Source of the DNA: an uncultured Desulfarculaceae bacterium
GTDB taxonomy: Bacteria > Desulfobacterota > Desulfocorpusculales > Desulfocorpusculum
Direction of reading: 5' to 3'
Length of the DNA: 64,000 bases
Assembly: GCA_964414345.1 (NCBI GenBank)
Contig: CAYPWF010000010.1
Location: 7,115 to 71,114 of the forward strand
Shown: positions 28,064-37,303 of the stretch, piece by piece
Layout of the letters: every line of letters begins with the position of its first letter
Numbering within the stretch: position 1 is the first letter of the stretch
Notes under the pieces: model-generated
Told to the model about the DNA's origin: nothing
The model's input: the letters and a program-made list of their open reading frames with translations, nothing else
Database searches by the model: none
Made by a program: the position numbers and the translations under genes

Positions 28064-28641
28064 CAGGCCGTCTTCCCCACGCTCTCCACGTACTGTCGGT
28101 TCAACCTTTCATGGTCCTTGGGATCGATGCGTTCTTTAAGGAGCGCCTCGGCAATGCGCGTGGCCAGCTCCACCGCTTCCTTGCGCAGTATGGATTGGGC
28201 TTTCTTCAGTTCCTGCTCGGCCGTGATCTGGGCCTGTTTGCGGATCTTTTCCGCCTCTTTTTGGGCATTGGCCAAGATACGTTCTTTCTCCAAGCGGCCC
28301 TGCTCCAGAAGCATGCTCTTGAGCTCTTGCATCTCCTTCTGGGCCTGGGCCAGTTTCTTCTCCATCTCCTTAAAACGGACCTCGGCTTCAAGCTTGGCTC
28401 GCTCAGCTTCCTCCAAGGCCTCTTTCACGCCCTGCTGTCTTTGGTTCAAGAAATTGCGTACAGGCTTTCTGAGAAAATAATAAAGAAGCCCGGCCAGTAA
28501 AATGAAGTTCACCACCCGCATGGCCAAGGTGAAACCGCTTTCCAGCTCCACCTCATGGCCTCCGCCGGATGCAAGGGCCCAAGCCGGAAGCATCCAGGCC
28601 AGGATCACAAGAAAGCTTTTCCAAGAGCTCCTGCCCATCAT
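28063..28641 (-). CDS. atpF: F1Fo ATP synthase subunit b
   Basis: N-terminal TM then long charged coiled coil (E/K/A/Q-rich). Confidence 0.75.
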   Translation of the reverse strand: MMGRSSWKSFLVILAWMLPAWALASGGGHEVELESGFTLAMRVVNFILLAGLLYYFLRKPVRNFLNQRQQGVKEALEEAERAKLEAEVRFKEMEKKLAQAQKEMQELKSMLLEQGRLEKERILANAQKEAEKIRKQAQITAEQELKKAQSILRKEAVELATRIAEALLKERIDPKDHERLNRQYVESVGKTA

Positions 28642-29072
28642 CTGAGGCCCCTCCCCAGGATTTTCTCGGCCATTTCCAGGCCTAGGGTGTCCGCCTGGGC
28701 CCTAAGGGCCTGCCTGGCCTGCTGGAGTTGCTCTTCCAGGATCTTTCTGGACTCCTCCACCGAGCGGCTCGCCTCTAGACGGGCCTGCTCCAGAAGCTTT
28801 CGCTCCGCCTCGGTCCCCTCTGCCTTTAGTTTTTCCTTCTCGGCCGCGGCTGCACTCTTGGCCTTCTGGAGCTCAGCCTGGTATTGCTCCCACTGAATGG
28901 AGGCGCGCTCCTGGAACTCCCGGACCGAGCGCTCAGAGGCCTCCATGCGGCGCCTGCGCTCATCCAGAACTCCTAGGATAGGCTTATAGAGGAACTTGTT
29001 GAGGAGCCAAAGAAGGACCAGAAAATTGCCCATCTGGATGAGGAGCGTGTAATCGAGCTGGATCACGGCCAC
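28638..29072 (-). CDS. F1Fo ATP synthase subunit b'
   Basis: Second b-like TM plus coiled-coil protein overlapping atpF. Confidence 0.7.
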   Translation of the reverse strand: MAVIQLDYTLLIQMGNFLVLLWLLNKFLYKPILGVLDERRRRMEASERSVREFQERASIQWEQYQAELQKAKSAAAAEKEKLKAEGTEAERKLLEQARLEASRSVEESRKILEEQLQQARQALRAQADTLGLEMAEKILGRGLR

Positions 29073-29242
29073 CTCCGCATCAGCCTGGATATGTGATGCA
29101 GGACCAAGGATTCACCCCCCCCGATCCTGCGCCTCTCCCGAAAGGAACAGGAAATTCAGAACTTACACGGCCGCCTCGCGAGCTTTGCTCTTTTATCAAA
29201 ATTCCAGGGCCATGTCAAGTCAGTCGCGCCAACCCGCGCGAT

Positions 29243-29274
29243 AAGAAAACCCCGCTTGGAAATCCAAGCGGGGT
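29243..29274 (-). terminator. Rho-independent terminator downstream of the small secreted-protein gene
   Basis: CCCCGCUUGGauuuCCAAGCGGGGUUUUCUU on the minus strand. Confidence 0.7.
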
Positions 29275-29364
29275 GTGGTGCTTTCGTTTCTTCTGACACG
29301 GCTGGAAAGAGCCAAGCATCCGCCGCTTTTTTACGAGCCTGTCTCTTTAAGGAATCCCCTGGGT

Positions 29365-29733
29365 CTAACGCGCCTCCACGATAAGCCTTGTGGTGCTACC
29401 CCCTGAATCCACAATGGTGGCAAACCCTCGCACCTTCTTCTTGGAGCCGTTGAAGGTGAACTTGCAAGTGGCTGCATATACGTCAGAGCTGGTGTAAGTC
29501 ACCTGCTGGGCAACGCCTGGTGAAATTGTAAGAGTCCCCTCTGCCTTAACAACTCCCCCGTCGATCAATTCAGCGTTCACCTGAACCGAGCCTGGACCCA
29601 GATTCAATACTGTACAGCCAAGAACGTCTCCATTGCTTCGAAGAGGCGGAGTCCAAAGCTCCACAGCGAATGCCGAACCCACAAATGCCAAGGCCAGAGG
29701 TAAAACCAGGATCAAGCTCGCGCTCTTTTTCAT
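29365..29733 (-). CDS. Small secreted hypothetical protein (signal peptide)
   Basis: MKKSASLILVLPLALAFVGSAFA signal peptide; 122 aa; no recognisable domain. Confidence 0.55.
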   Translation of the reverse strand: MKKSASLILVLPLALAFVGSAFAVELWTPPLRSNGDVLGCTVLNLGPGSVQVNAELIDGGVVKAEGTLTISPGVAQQVTYTSSDVYAATCKFTFNGSKKKVRGFATIVDSGGSTTRLIVEAR

Positions 29734-29823
29734 GATTGCTCCCCCCTTTTTTTTGAACCCCTTTTCCCGCGGACATTAGCACGCTCCCTCCATGGTGTCA
29801 AGGAGCTGCGTCCGCCGACCCTT

Positions 29824-30258
29824 TTAGCTTCCTTGAAGCTCCAGGGCGTTGAAGAAGTAGGCAATCTCCACCCTGGCGTTTTCGGGGGAGTCGGAGCCGT
29901 GCACTATGTTTTGCTCCACGTTGTCTGCAAACTGTCTTCTGATGGTGCCGGGCTGTGCATCCTTGGGGTTGGTGGCCCCCATTACCCTTCTGGTCCTGGC
30001 TATGGCCTCCTCTCCTTCCAAAACCATCACCACTGCAGGGCCTGAGCTCATGAAATCAGTAAGGCTCTCAAAAAAAGGCTTTTCTTTGTGAACCGCATAA
30101 AAACCTTGGGCCTGGGTTTTTGTCATTCGAACCATCTTAAGGCCCACGACCCTGAGTCCCTCTTTTTCAAACCTTCCTATGACCTCCCCTATGAGATTCT
30201 TTGCCACCCCGTCCGGCTTCACTATGGAAAGTGTCCGTTCCAGCATCTCTTCCTCCAC
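29824..30258 (-). CDS. ndk: Nucleoside diphosphate kinase
   Basis: [12 protein letters not shown]...[15 protein letters not shown] motifs. Confidence 0.95.
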   Translation of the reverse strand: MEEEMLERTLSIVKPDGVAKNLIGEVIGRFEKEGLRVVGLKMVRMTKTQAQGFYAVHKEKPFFESLTDFMSSGPAVVMVLEGEEAIARTRRVMGATNPKDAQPGTIRRQFADNVEQNIVHGSDSPENARVEIAYFFNALELQGS

Positions 30259-30314
30259 CTCCTTTTTCTAGGTCTCCTTTTAGGCCTCCCAAGCTTCTTT
30301 AGGCCTTTTTTATC

Positions 30315-32153
30315 TCAGCCTCCATTTTTGCCGTCCGCCTCAACCATCTTGGCCAGCTCGTCGAACTTCATGTCAGCAGCCAGAATGCCCACGATCTCGT
30401 CCTGCTCATTACGAATGGGGGCCGAGACCGTTACCGCCAGCTGGTGGGTGAAACGGGACACATAAAAATCCGTCACGTGGCTCTTGCCGTCCCTCAAAGG
30501 CCCTATGAACCAGGGCCTGTCCGAGTAATCCTCTTCTATGACCACAGGGGGGTACTTAGACCTGTCCACTATTTGAGTGATGAGCTTGGTGGTTATTCTG
30601 CCCTCCATGTTGGTTACATACACCCACTGAATAAAAGGATTCTCTTCTGCCACGGCCTCCATGAGGGGTTCCTGCTGGGCCGGATCCATGGAACGCATCT
30701 GGGGCTTTTCAGCCATTTCCTCTATGAGGTGCACTGCAACATCTGCGGCCTTCTGCTTGAGCAACTGAAGATCGCTTACGAAGTACTCGGGCAGATATTT
30801 CTTGGCAAGCCTTCTCATCTCCTCCGAGCCTATGGCCGTGGTGCGGCCTTCCTCGTACTGGCGCATGATGGCCTTGTACATCTTGGTCACCCCTGGGTGT
30901 CTCTTGTCCACCATGCGGGGGCCCGTGAGCTTAAGGTGGGTGTTCACCCAGTGCACCACACCGGCCATTCCCGACTTGTCCGTCATGATTACGCTCAAGG
31001 GCCTGTGAAGGAACTTTTCGGTGTTGAAGATTGAATAGATCTCCGGGTTCTTGAGAATACCGTCCACATGCACCCCGGCCGAGGTGGCGTTGAACTCCGA
31101 GCCTGCAAACGGGTAATTGGGAGGAAGCCTGAGGCCTATTTCCCTCTCCATGTACTCGGCTATCTCGGTGATCACCGTGGTGTCCATACCGTCGTGCTGG
31201 CCGCGAAGAGAGATATACTCTATGACCAGGGCCTCCACCGGAGTGTTGCCGGTTCTCTCCCCCAGGCCCAACAGGGCTCCATTGGCGGCACTGCAGCCGT
31301 AAAGCCAAGCTGTGGTGGCGTTTATGAGGGCCTTGTGGAAATCATTGTGGCCATGCCATTCCAGGAGCCGGCCCGGCACCCCGGCATCGTCAATCATGGC
31401 CCTGACCAGCTTGTCCACGGCCCTGGGAAGAGCCGCACCTGGGTAGGTCACCCCAAGGCCCAAGGTGTCGCAAAGCCGTATCTTTATATCTATGCCGCTT
31501 TCCTCCCTGAGCTTCATCAGCTCTTTTGCCAGGGGAACGCAAAAACCGTAAATGTCCGCTCTGGTCACATCCTCGAAGTGGCATCTGGGGATTATACCGT
31601 GGTTCAGGGCGGCCTTTGCCAAAGAGAGATACTCCTCAAAGGCCTTTCTTCGATTCCAGCCCAGTTTCAGGAAAATGTGGTAATCGGAAATGGACATGAG
31701 CATCCCGGTTTCCTTGAGCCCCATGTCCTTTACCAATCGAAGGTCATCCCTGTTGGCCCTTATCCAGGCCGTAACCTGGGGGAATCTGAAATCCCTGGCC
31801 AGACATCTTTCCACCGCCTCCCTGTCTCTGGGGCTGTAAAGGAAAAACTCGCACTGCCGTATCACCCCGTCTCGACCTCCCAGCCTATGGAGCATCACAT
31901 ACAGGTCTTCTATCTGCCTAGGGGTGAAGGGAGGGCGAGCCTGCTGCCCGTCCCTGAAGGTGGTGTCCGTTATGTACATGGCAGGGGGAGGATTGATGGG
32001 GATGATCTTCTGATCAAAATCTATCCTGGGGATCTCATCCACCGGGAAGACCCCTCTCAGCAAGTTGGGCTCCCCAACATCCCTTAAATCAGGTTCCTCA
32101 AACTTGGAAAGTTCGTGATAAAGAATCCTTTTTTCCCTGTCCCACTTGGCCAT
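30315..32153 (-). CDS. HMGL-like (LeuA/NifV/homocitrate-synthase family) 2-oxoacid:acetyl-CoA condensing enzyme with C-terminal Cache/PDC-like domain; possibly Re-citrate synthase-like
   Basis: ITDTTFRDGQQ DRE-TIM signature near the N-terminus. The last ~120 aa (RPWFIGPLRDGKSHVTDFYVSRFTHQLAVTVSAPIRNEQDEIVGILAADMKFDEL) resemble the Cache ligand-binding motif. Confidence 0.6.
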   Translation of the reverse strand: MAKWDREKRILYHELSKFEEPDLRDVGEPNLLRGVFPVDEIPRIDFDQKIIPINPPPAMYITDTTFRDGQQARPPFTPRQIEDLYVMLHRLGGRDGVIRQCEFFLYSPRDREAVERCLARDFRFPQVTAWIRANRDDLRLVKDMGLKETGMLMSISDYHIFLKLGWNRRKAFEEYLSLAKAALNHGIIPRCHFEDVTRADIYGFCVPLAKELMKLREESGIDIKIRLCDTLGLGVTYPGAALPRAVDKLVRAMIDDAGVPGRLLEWHGHNDFHKALINATTAWLYGCSAANGALLGLGERTGNTPVEALVIEYISLRGQHDGMDTTVITEIAEYMEREIGLRLPPNYPFAGSEFNATSAGVHVDGILKNPEIYSIFNTEKFLHRPLSVIMTDKSGMAGVVHWVNTHLKLTGPRMVDKRHPGVTKMYKAIMRQYEEGRTTAIGSEEMRRLAKKYLPEYFVSDLQLLKQKAADVAVHLIEEMAEKPQMRSMDPAQQEPLMEAVAEENPFIQWVYVTNMEGRITTKLITQIVDRSKYPPVVIEEDYSDRPWFIGPLRDGKSHVTDFYVSRFTHQLAVTVSAPIRNEQDEIVGILAADMKFDELAKMVEADGKNGG

Positions 32154-32302
32154 CCCATCACCTCCCTCGGATGGTCAATAAGCTCCCATGAGTTGGACCG
32201 TAAAACCTAACATTTGGGAAGTCGGGCGGGGTGCACCCTGCCCCCAACCTTGATCTGACTGCTTATTTGGAGCTTACTCCCCGGGCGGGGATAGACCCGC
32301 CA

Positions 32303-34096
32303 CTACCTGTGCCTAACCTGTATCCAGAGCTCTTCCAGTTGCTTGGGTTCCACTTGGGCAGGGGCCTCTGTGAGAAGACAGGCTCCCCTTTGAGTCTTGG
32401 GAAAAGCGATCACATCCCTGATTGTGGCCGCTTTTGCCATCAGCATGATAAGCCGGTCAAAGCCGAAGGCTATTCCGCCGTGAGGCGGGGTACCGTAGGC
32501 AAGAGCCTCCAAGAGGAACCTGAACTTCTCCTGGACTTCCTGCTCCGGGATACCCAAAGCCCTGAAAAGGGCCATTTGAAGATCCAGTCTGTGGTTACGG
32601 ATGCTCCCGCCGCCTATCTCGTTTCCGTTCAAAACCAAATCATAGGCTCTGGCCCTCACCTGGGCCGGATCCACCTCCAAGAGGTGAAGATCCTCCGGGT
32701 GGGGGGCAGTGAAGGGGTGATGAACTGCGGCAAATCTTCCCTCGGCACTGTCATATTCCAGGAGGGGGAACTCGGTCACCCAGAGGAACTTAAACTCCTC
32801 CTCCTGAATCAGACCCATCTTTTTCCCGAAGTGGCTTCTGAGAATATCCAAGGTGGGGTTCACCACCGGGAGATCCCCTGCCACAAACAGGATCAGATCA
32901 CCTGGTTGCAAGCCAGCCAGCTGTGCCACCTCTTGTTGCTCGGCGTGGCTCAAGGCCTTGGCCACCGGGCCCTGCCACCCCTCAGGGAGCAGCTTCACCC
33001 AGGCCACACCCTTGGCTCCTGTTTGCACCTGGTAGTGCAGCTTTAGATTCTCCTCCCCCTGCATTCTGTCCAGCTCGGCCCTGGACAAACCAGCCATACC
33101 CTTCAAGGGAAGAGCCTTAACCACCCCTCCTTTTTCAACGGCCTGGGCGAAAAGCTTGAAGCCGCTTTTTCGGAAGACCTGGCTTAAGTCCACCAACTCC
33201 AAGCCGTAGCGGATGTCAGGTTTGTCCGTGCCGAAGCGAGCCATGGCCTCCTGGTAGGTCAACCTGGGAAAAGGCCTGGGAAGCTCAATGCCTAAGGTCT
33301 GCCGGAAAAGGGCAGCCACCAGCCCTTCGGCCAGCTCCTGCACTGCCAGCTCGTCCACAAAGGACATCTCCAGGTCTATCTGGGTGAACTCCGGCTGCCT
33401 GTCCTTTCTGAGATCCTCGTCCCTGAAGCACTTCACTATTTGGAAATAGCGGTCAAAGCCAGCCACCATCAAGAGCTGTTTAAACAACTGGGGAGACTGG
33501 GGAAGGGCGTAGAAACGCCCTGGTTGCAGACGGCTGGGCACCAGGAAATCCCTTGCGCCCTCAGGAGTGCTTCGGGTTAGAAACGGGGTTTCCACCTCCA
33601 AGAAACCCTTTTCGTCCAAGAAACGCCTCACCGTCTGCATGGCCCTGTGCCTAAGGAGGAAATTGGAGAGCATCCTAGGCCTTCTCAAATCCAGATACCT
33701 GTAACGCAGCCTCACGTTTTCGGCCACCTCGGCCTCGTCCTCTATGGGAAAAGGAGGGGGAAGCGACTCGTTCAGTACCGAGAGCCTGCCCACCGCCACC
33801 TCCACTTTTCCGGTAAGGATTTTGGGGTTTTCCGTCTCAGGGGGCCTCTTGCGCACCTCCCCCTCCAATTCCAACACAAACTCGCTTCTGACCCCCTGTG
33901 CTTTAAGGTGGGCCTCTGGGGAAGTCTCGGCATTTATCACCACCTGAACTATACCGGTTCGGTCCCTAAGGTCGATGAATATAACCCCTCCCAGATCCCT
34001 TACGGTCTGGACCCAACCAGCCAATCGGACTTGCCTGCCGATCTGCTCTTCTCTTATTTCCCCGCAACCGTGGGTCCTGGAGAAAACCTTGGCCAC
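32303..34096 (-). CDS. aspS: Aspartyl-tRNA synthetase
   Basis: Class II aaRS motifs, anticodon-binding OB N-terminus, 597 aa. Confidence 0.95.
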   Translation of the reverse strand: MAKVFSRTHGCGEIREEQIGRQVRLAGWVQTVRDLGGVIFIDLRDRTGIVQVVINAETSPEAHLKAQGVRSEFVLELEGEVRKRPPETENPKILTGKVEVAVGRLSVLNESLPPPFPIEDEAEVAENVRLRYRYLDLRRPRMLSNFLLRHRAMQTVRRFLDEKGFLEVETPFLTRSTPEGARDFLVPSRLQPGRFYALPQSPQLFKQLLMVAGFDRYFQIVKCFRDEDLRKDRQPEFTQIDLEMSFVDELAVQELAEGLVAALFRQTLGIELPRPFPRLTYQEAMARFGTDKPDIRYGLELVDLSQVFRKSGFKLFAQAVEKGGVVKALPLKGMAGLSRAELDRMQGEENLKLHYQVQTGAKGVAWVKLLPEGWQGPVAKALSHAEQQEVAQLAGLQPGDLILFVAGDLPVVNPTLDILRSHFGKKMGLIQEEEFKFLWVTEFPLLEYDSAEGRFAAVHHPFTAPHPEDLHLLEVDPAQVRARAYDLVLNGNEIGGGSIRNHRLDLQMALFRALGIPEQEVQEKFRFLLEALAYGTPPHGGIAFGFDRLIMLMAKAATIRDVIAFPKTQRGACLLTEAPAQVEPKQLEELWIQVRHR

Positions 34097-34099
34097 CCC

Positions 34100-35395
34100 T
34101 CACCCCCTTTTCTCCCGGGAATCCGGCCTTTCTCTCCATCCTGCCATAACCTGCCCCATTCGAGCCAATTCCACCTCCACTTGAGCAGCTTGCAGCATGT
34201 CCCTCAAAGGAGCTTTTCCCGAGGCCAGTTCCTGTTCCCCAAGAATAAGCACCCTCCTGGCTCCCAGCTTGTCAGCCCGCCGAAGCTGCGCTTTCAGGCT
34301 GCCTCCTCTGAAGTCCATCTCGGCCTTTACCCCGGCCCTTCTGGCCCTCTCAACCCACAAGAATGCCTCCCTAGAGGCCTTCTCCCCCAAAGCCGCCACA
34401 AAGAGCTCCAAGGCTCGCCCCTGCAGGACCCCCTTTTGTTCAAGAACCGAAACCAGCCTCTCCTCTCCCACCGCAAAGCCTATGCCTGGCAAGTCGGGCC
34501 CGCCCAGCTCACTTATAAGCCCGTCGTAACGCCCCCCGCCGCAAACTGCGTTTTGGGCTCCCAAGGTCTTGCTCAAAACCTCGAAGGTGGTCCTTCGATA
34601 ATAGTCCAATCCGCGCACTATGAACGGGTTCAAGGAGAAAGGAACCTCCAAGAGGCTCAAGTGCTCCTTGACCCTCTCAAGGTGTTCAGCACAGGCTTTG
34701 CAGAGCCCCTCCAGGATGCTTGGGGCCCCCTCCAGGGCTTTCCTGCATCCTTCCACCTTGCAGTCGTATATCCTCAAAGGGTTCACGGAAAGCCGCCTGG
34801 TGCAATCCGCGCACAAGGATGATTTGCGGCCTTCCAGGTAGGCCACCACGCTGGATCGAAAGCCCGGCCTGCACTCGGGGCAGCCCAGGGAGTTTACTTG
34901 GAACTCCAGCTCCCTTAGGCCCAGCTCCTGGAAAAAAGCCCTCAGGGCAGCCAGCAGCTCTGCGTCCGTTCTGGGATCTGGAGAACCCAGCACCTCTGCG
35001 TCAATCTGGTGGAACTGGCGGTATCTTCCCTTCTGGGGCCTCTCGTAACGAAACATGGGGCCTATAAAGTAGAGCTTTTGAACAGGCTCACTTTGGTGCA
35101 GGCCATGCTCTATGTACGCCCTGAGTATCCCTGCTGTGGCCTCGGGTCTGAGGGTAAGGGAGATCCCGCTGCGATCCGCAAAGCTGTACATCTCCTTTTC
35201 CACTATATCGGTGGACTCCCCGATGCTCCTGGCAAAGAGCTCTGTGCGCTCCAGTATGGGAATCCGAATCTCCTGAAACCCGTACAGCTCCAGCACGCTG
35301 CGGGCGGTCTGCTCCACCCGCTGCCAAAGTTCAACCTCTGGGCCCAGCACGTCCCTGAAGCCCCGCACTGCCTGAATCGGGCTCTTGCGTTCCAT
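34100..35395 (-). CDS. hisS: Histidyl-tRNA synthetase
   Basis: MERKSPIQAVRGFRDVLGPE start; class II motifs. The ORF-track upstream extension was rejected. Confidence 0.9.
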   Translation of the reverse strand: MERKSPIQAVRGFRDVLGPEVELWQRVEQTARSVLELYGFQEIRIPILERTELFARSIGESTDIVEKEMYSFADRSGISLTLRPEATAGILRAYIEHGLHQSEPVQKLYFIGPMFRYERPQKGRYRQFHQIDAEVLGSPDPRTDAELLAALRAFFQELGLRELEFQVNSLGCPECRPGFRSSVVAYLEGRKSSLCADCTRRLSVNPLRIYDCKVEGCRKALEGAPSILEGLCKACAEHLERVKEHLSLLEVPFSLNPFIVRGLDYYRRTTFEVLSKTLGAQNAVCGGGRYDGLISELGGPDLPGIGFAVGEERLVSVLEQKGVLQGRALELFVAALGEKASREAFLWVERARRAGVKAEMDFRGGSLKAQLRRADKLGARRVLILGEQELASGKAPLRDMLQAAQVEVELARMGQVMAGWRERPDSREKRG

Positions 35396-35573
35396 GTGTG
35401 ATCCCTCACAAAAAAGAAAAATATAGACCAGCTGCGCTTGGATCGTCAATCGTCAAGTTTTCTCCTAGGTAAATAGCCTTACCCTCTTGAAACCTTTCAG
35501 CAGAGCCCCTCTGTTTCTTGACACCCTTTTCCGCCCGGGCTAGATTAGGCCTGCCTCTTAGAAAATTAAAAGG

Positions 35574-36764
35574 ATGAGTGTGTTGCGAGTCATCTATGTA
35601 GACGCCTTCAGTGGAGCCAGCGGGGACATGATCCTGGGTGCCCTTTTGGATTTGGGAGTCCCCCTGGTGGCGATAGAAGAACCCCTTAAAAAACTCCCTA
35701 TGGGTCAGTGGGGATTTAAGGTGGCAAGGGAGTCCCGTCACCACATACATGGCACCAGAGTGCATGTGGAGGTGTATCCCCAGGCTTATGAGCACACAAC
35801 CTATGCTCAAATCAGGGAGATGTTGCTGGAGTCGGGCCTTCCCCAAGGGGTCAAGCAGAGAAGCTTAAGGATCTTCCATCAGTTGGCCGAAGCTGAAGCG
35901 CGTATCCATGAGAAAGCTCCAGAGCAGATAACCTTTCACGAGGTGGGGGCAGTTGACTCCATCGTGGACATAGTGGGCGCCGTGCTGGGCTTTGAGTGGC
36001 TAAACCCACAGAAGGTCTCGGTCTCAGCCCTTCCGTTGGGGAAAGGCTTTGTGCAGGCTCATCATGGCACATTGCCCGTGCCGGCCCCGGCAACTCTTGA
36101 GCTCCTAAGGGGCGTGCCCGTGTACCAAGGGGATGAGGAAGCCGAACTGGTCACTCCCACAGGGGCGGCCATTCTCAAAGAGGTGGCACAGGAGTTCGGA
36201 GTCATGCCCCACATGAAACCACAGAAGGTGGGCTACGGGGTGGGCTCAAGGGACCTGCCCCGAAGGCCCAATTTGCTGCGCATGATCATGGGCGAGTCAG
36301 GGGTTTCGGGCCTGAGGGAGGACTGGGTCTTGGAGGCCAACATAGATGACATGAATCCAGAGTTTGTAGAGCACCTCATGGAGAGACTTCTCGAGGCCGG
36401 GGCCCTGGATGTGGGTTGGTGTCCCATGGTGATGAAGAGAGGCAGGCCTGGAGGGCTTTTGAAGGTCTTGGTTGAAAGTGGAAACAGGGAGTTTGTGTCT
36501 GAGGTTATTTTGCGGGAGTCCACCTCCATTGGGCTCAGGGCGTATCAAGTGGAGCGTGAATGTCTGGAAAGACATTACGAGGAGGTTGAGACCCCTTGGG
36601 GGAAAGCCAGGGTGAAGGTTTGCTCTTGGGGGGAAAGGGTTCTAAATGCTCTTCCAGAGTACCAAGATTGCCGGGATATCGCCCTCGAGAGCAAAGTGCC
36701 TCTCAAGGAAGTCTACTTCCGCGCCCTTGCAGCCTATTATGGCAAGGCTGGGGCTGAATCTTGA
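35574..36764 (+). CDS. larC: LarC-family nickel-insertion protein (UPF0272/DUF111)
   Basis: N-terminus VIYVDAFSGASGDMILGALLDLGVP is characteristic of LarC. Confidence 0.8.
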   Translation: MSVLRVIYVDAFSGASGDMILGALLDLGVPLVAIEEPLKKLPMGQWGFKVARESRHHIHGTRVHVEVYPQAYEHTTYAQIREMLLESGLPQGVKQRSLRIFHQLAEAEARIHEKAPEQITFHEVGAVDSIVDIVGAVLGFEWLNPQKVSVSALPLGKGFVQAHHGTLPVPAPATLELLRGVPVYQGDEEAELVTPTGAAILKEVAQEFGVMPHMKPQKVGYGVGSRDLPRRPNLLRMIMGESGVSGLREDWVLEANIDDMNPEFVEHLMERLLEAGALDVGWCPMVMKRGRPGGLLKVLVESGNREFVSEVILRESTSIGLRAYQVERECLERHYEEVETPWGKARVKVCSWGERVLNALPEYQDCRDIALESKVPLKEVYFRALAAYYGKAGAES

Positions 36765-37282
36765 GTTTGAGGCTGGGTTCCAATATAAGCAGGAAAGTCC
36801 GCTTCAGGGGGCCGAAATGGGAGAACCTGGGGCTAAAGGTGGCCACTTTGGGAGCCTTGGGCAAGGTTCCTGTTGCCCCGGGCACAGTGGCCAGCGGCTT
36901 GGGGCTTCTAATTCACCTATTTCTCCAGGGACTTCCTGGGCCTTGGAAATGGGGGATCCTGGGGTTATTGGGGGTAATCGGCATCTGGTCCGCGGGATGC
37001 GCAGAGAGAGTCTTGGATAGGAAAGACCCCCCACAAGTTGTGATAGACGAGGTTCTGGGCATGACGGCTTCCTTGGCCGGACTGGGAACTGGTCTTCTGA
37101 CACTGGGGGCCGCATTTGTGCTTTTCAGAATACTGGATGTGCTTAAACCTCCTCCCATAAGAGAGGTGGAAACCATTCTTCCGGGCGGCTGGGCAGTGGT
37201 AGGGGACGACCTGGCAGCAGCCGTGGGGGTGCAGCTGCTCCTGCGCGTTTTGGGGGCCTTTTGGCCCCTGCTTGTTCACTGA
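36761..37282 (+). CDS. pgpA: Phosphatidylglycerophosphatase A
   Basis: VATLGALGKVPVAPGTVASGLGLL PgpA motif; start codon uncertain. Confidence 0.65.
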   Translation: MSLRLGSNISRKVRFRGPKWENLGLKVATLGALGKVPVAPGTVASGLGLLIHLFLQGLPGPWKWGILGLLGVIGIWSAGCAERVLDRKDPPQVVIDEVLGMTASLAGLGTGLLTLGAAFVLFRILDVLKPPPIREVETILPGGWAVVGDDLAAAVGVQLLLRVLGAFWPLLVH

Positions 37283-37303
37283 TTAAAGAAAACGGGGGTT
37301 TTC

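Noticed and set aside
29073-29365. Possible sRNA or riboswitch in the long non-coding region upstream of the atp operon
   Set aside because: Contains the terminator of the adjacent secreted-protein gene and presumably the atp promoter; no conserved riboswitch-like structure recognised.
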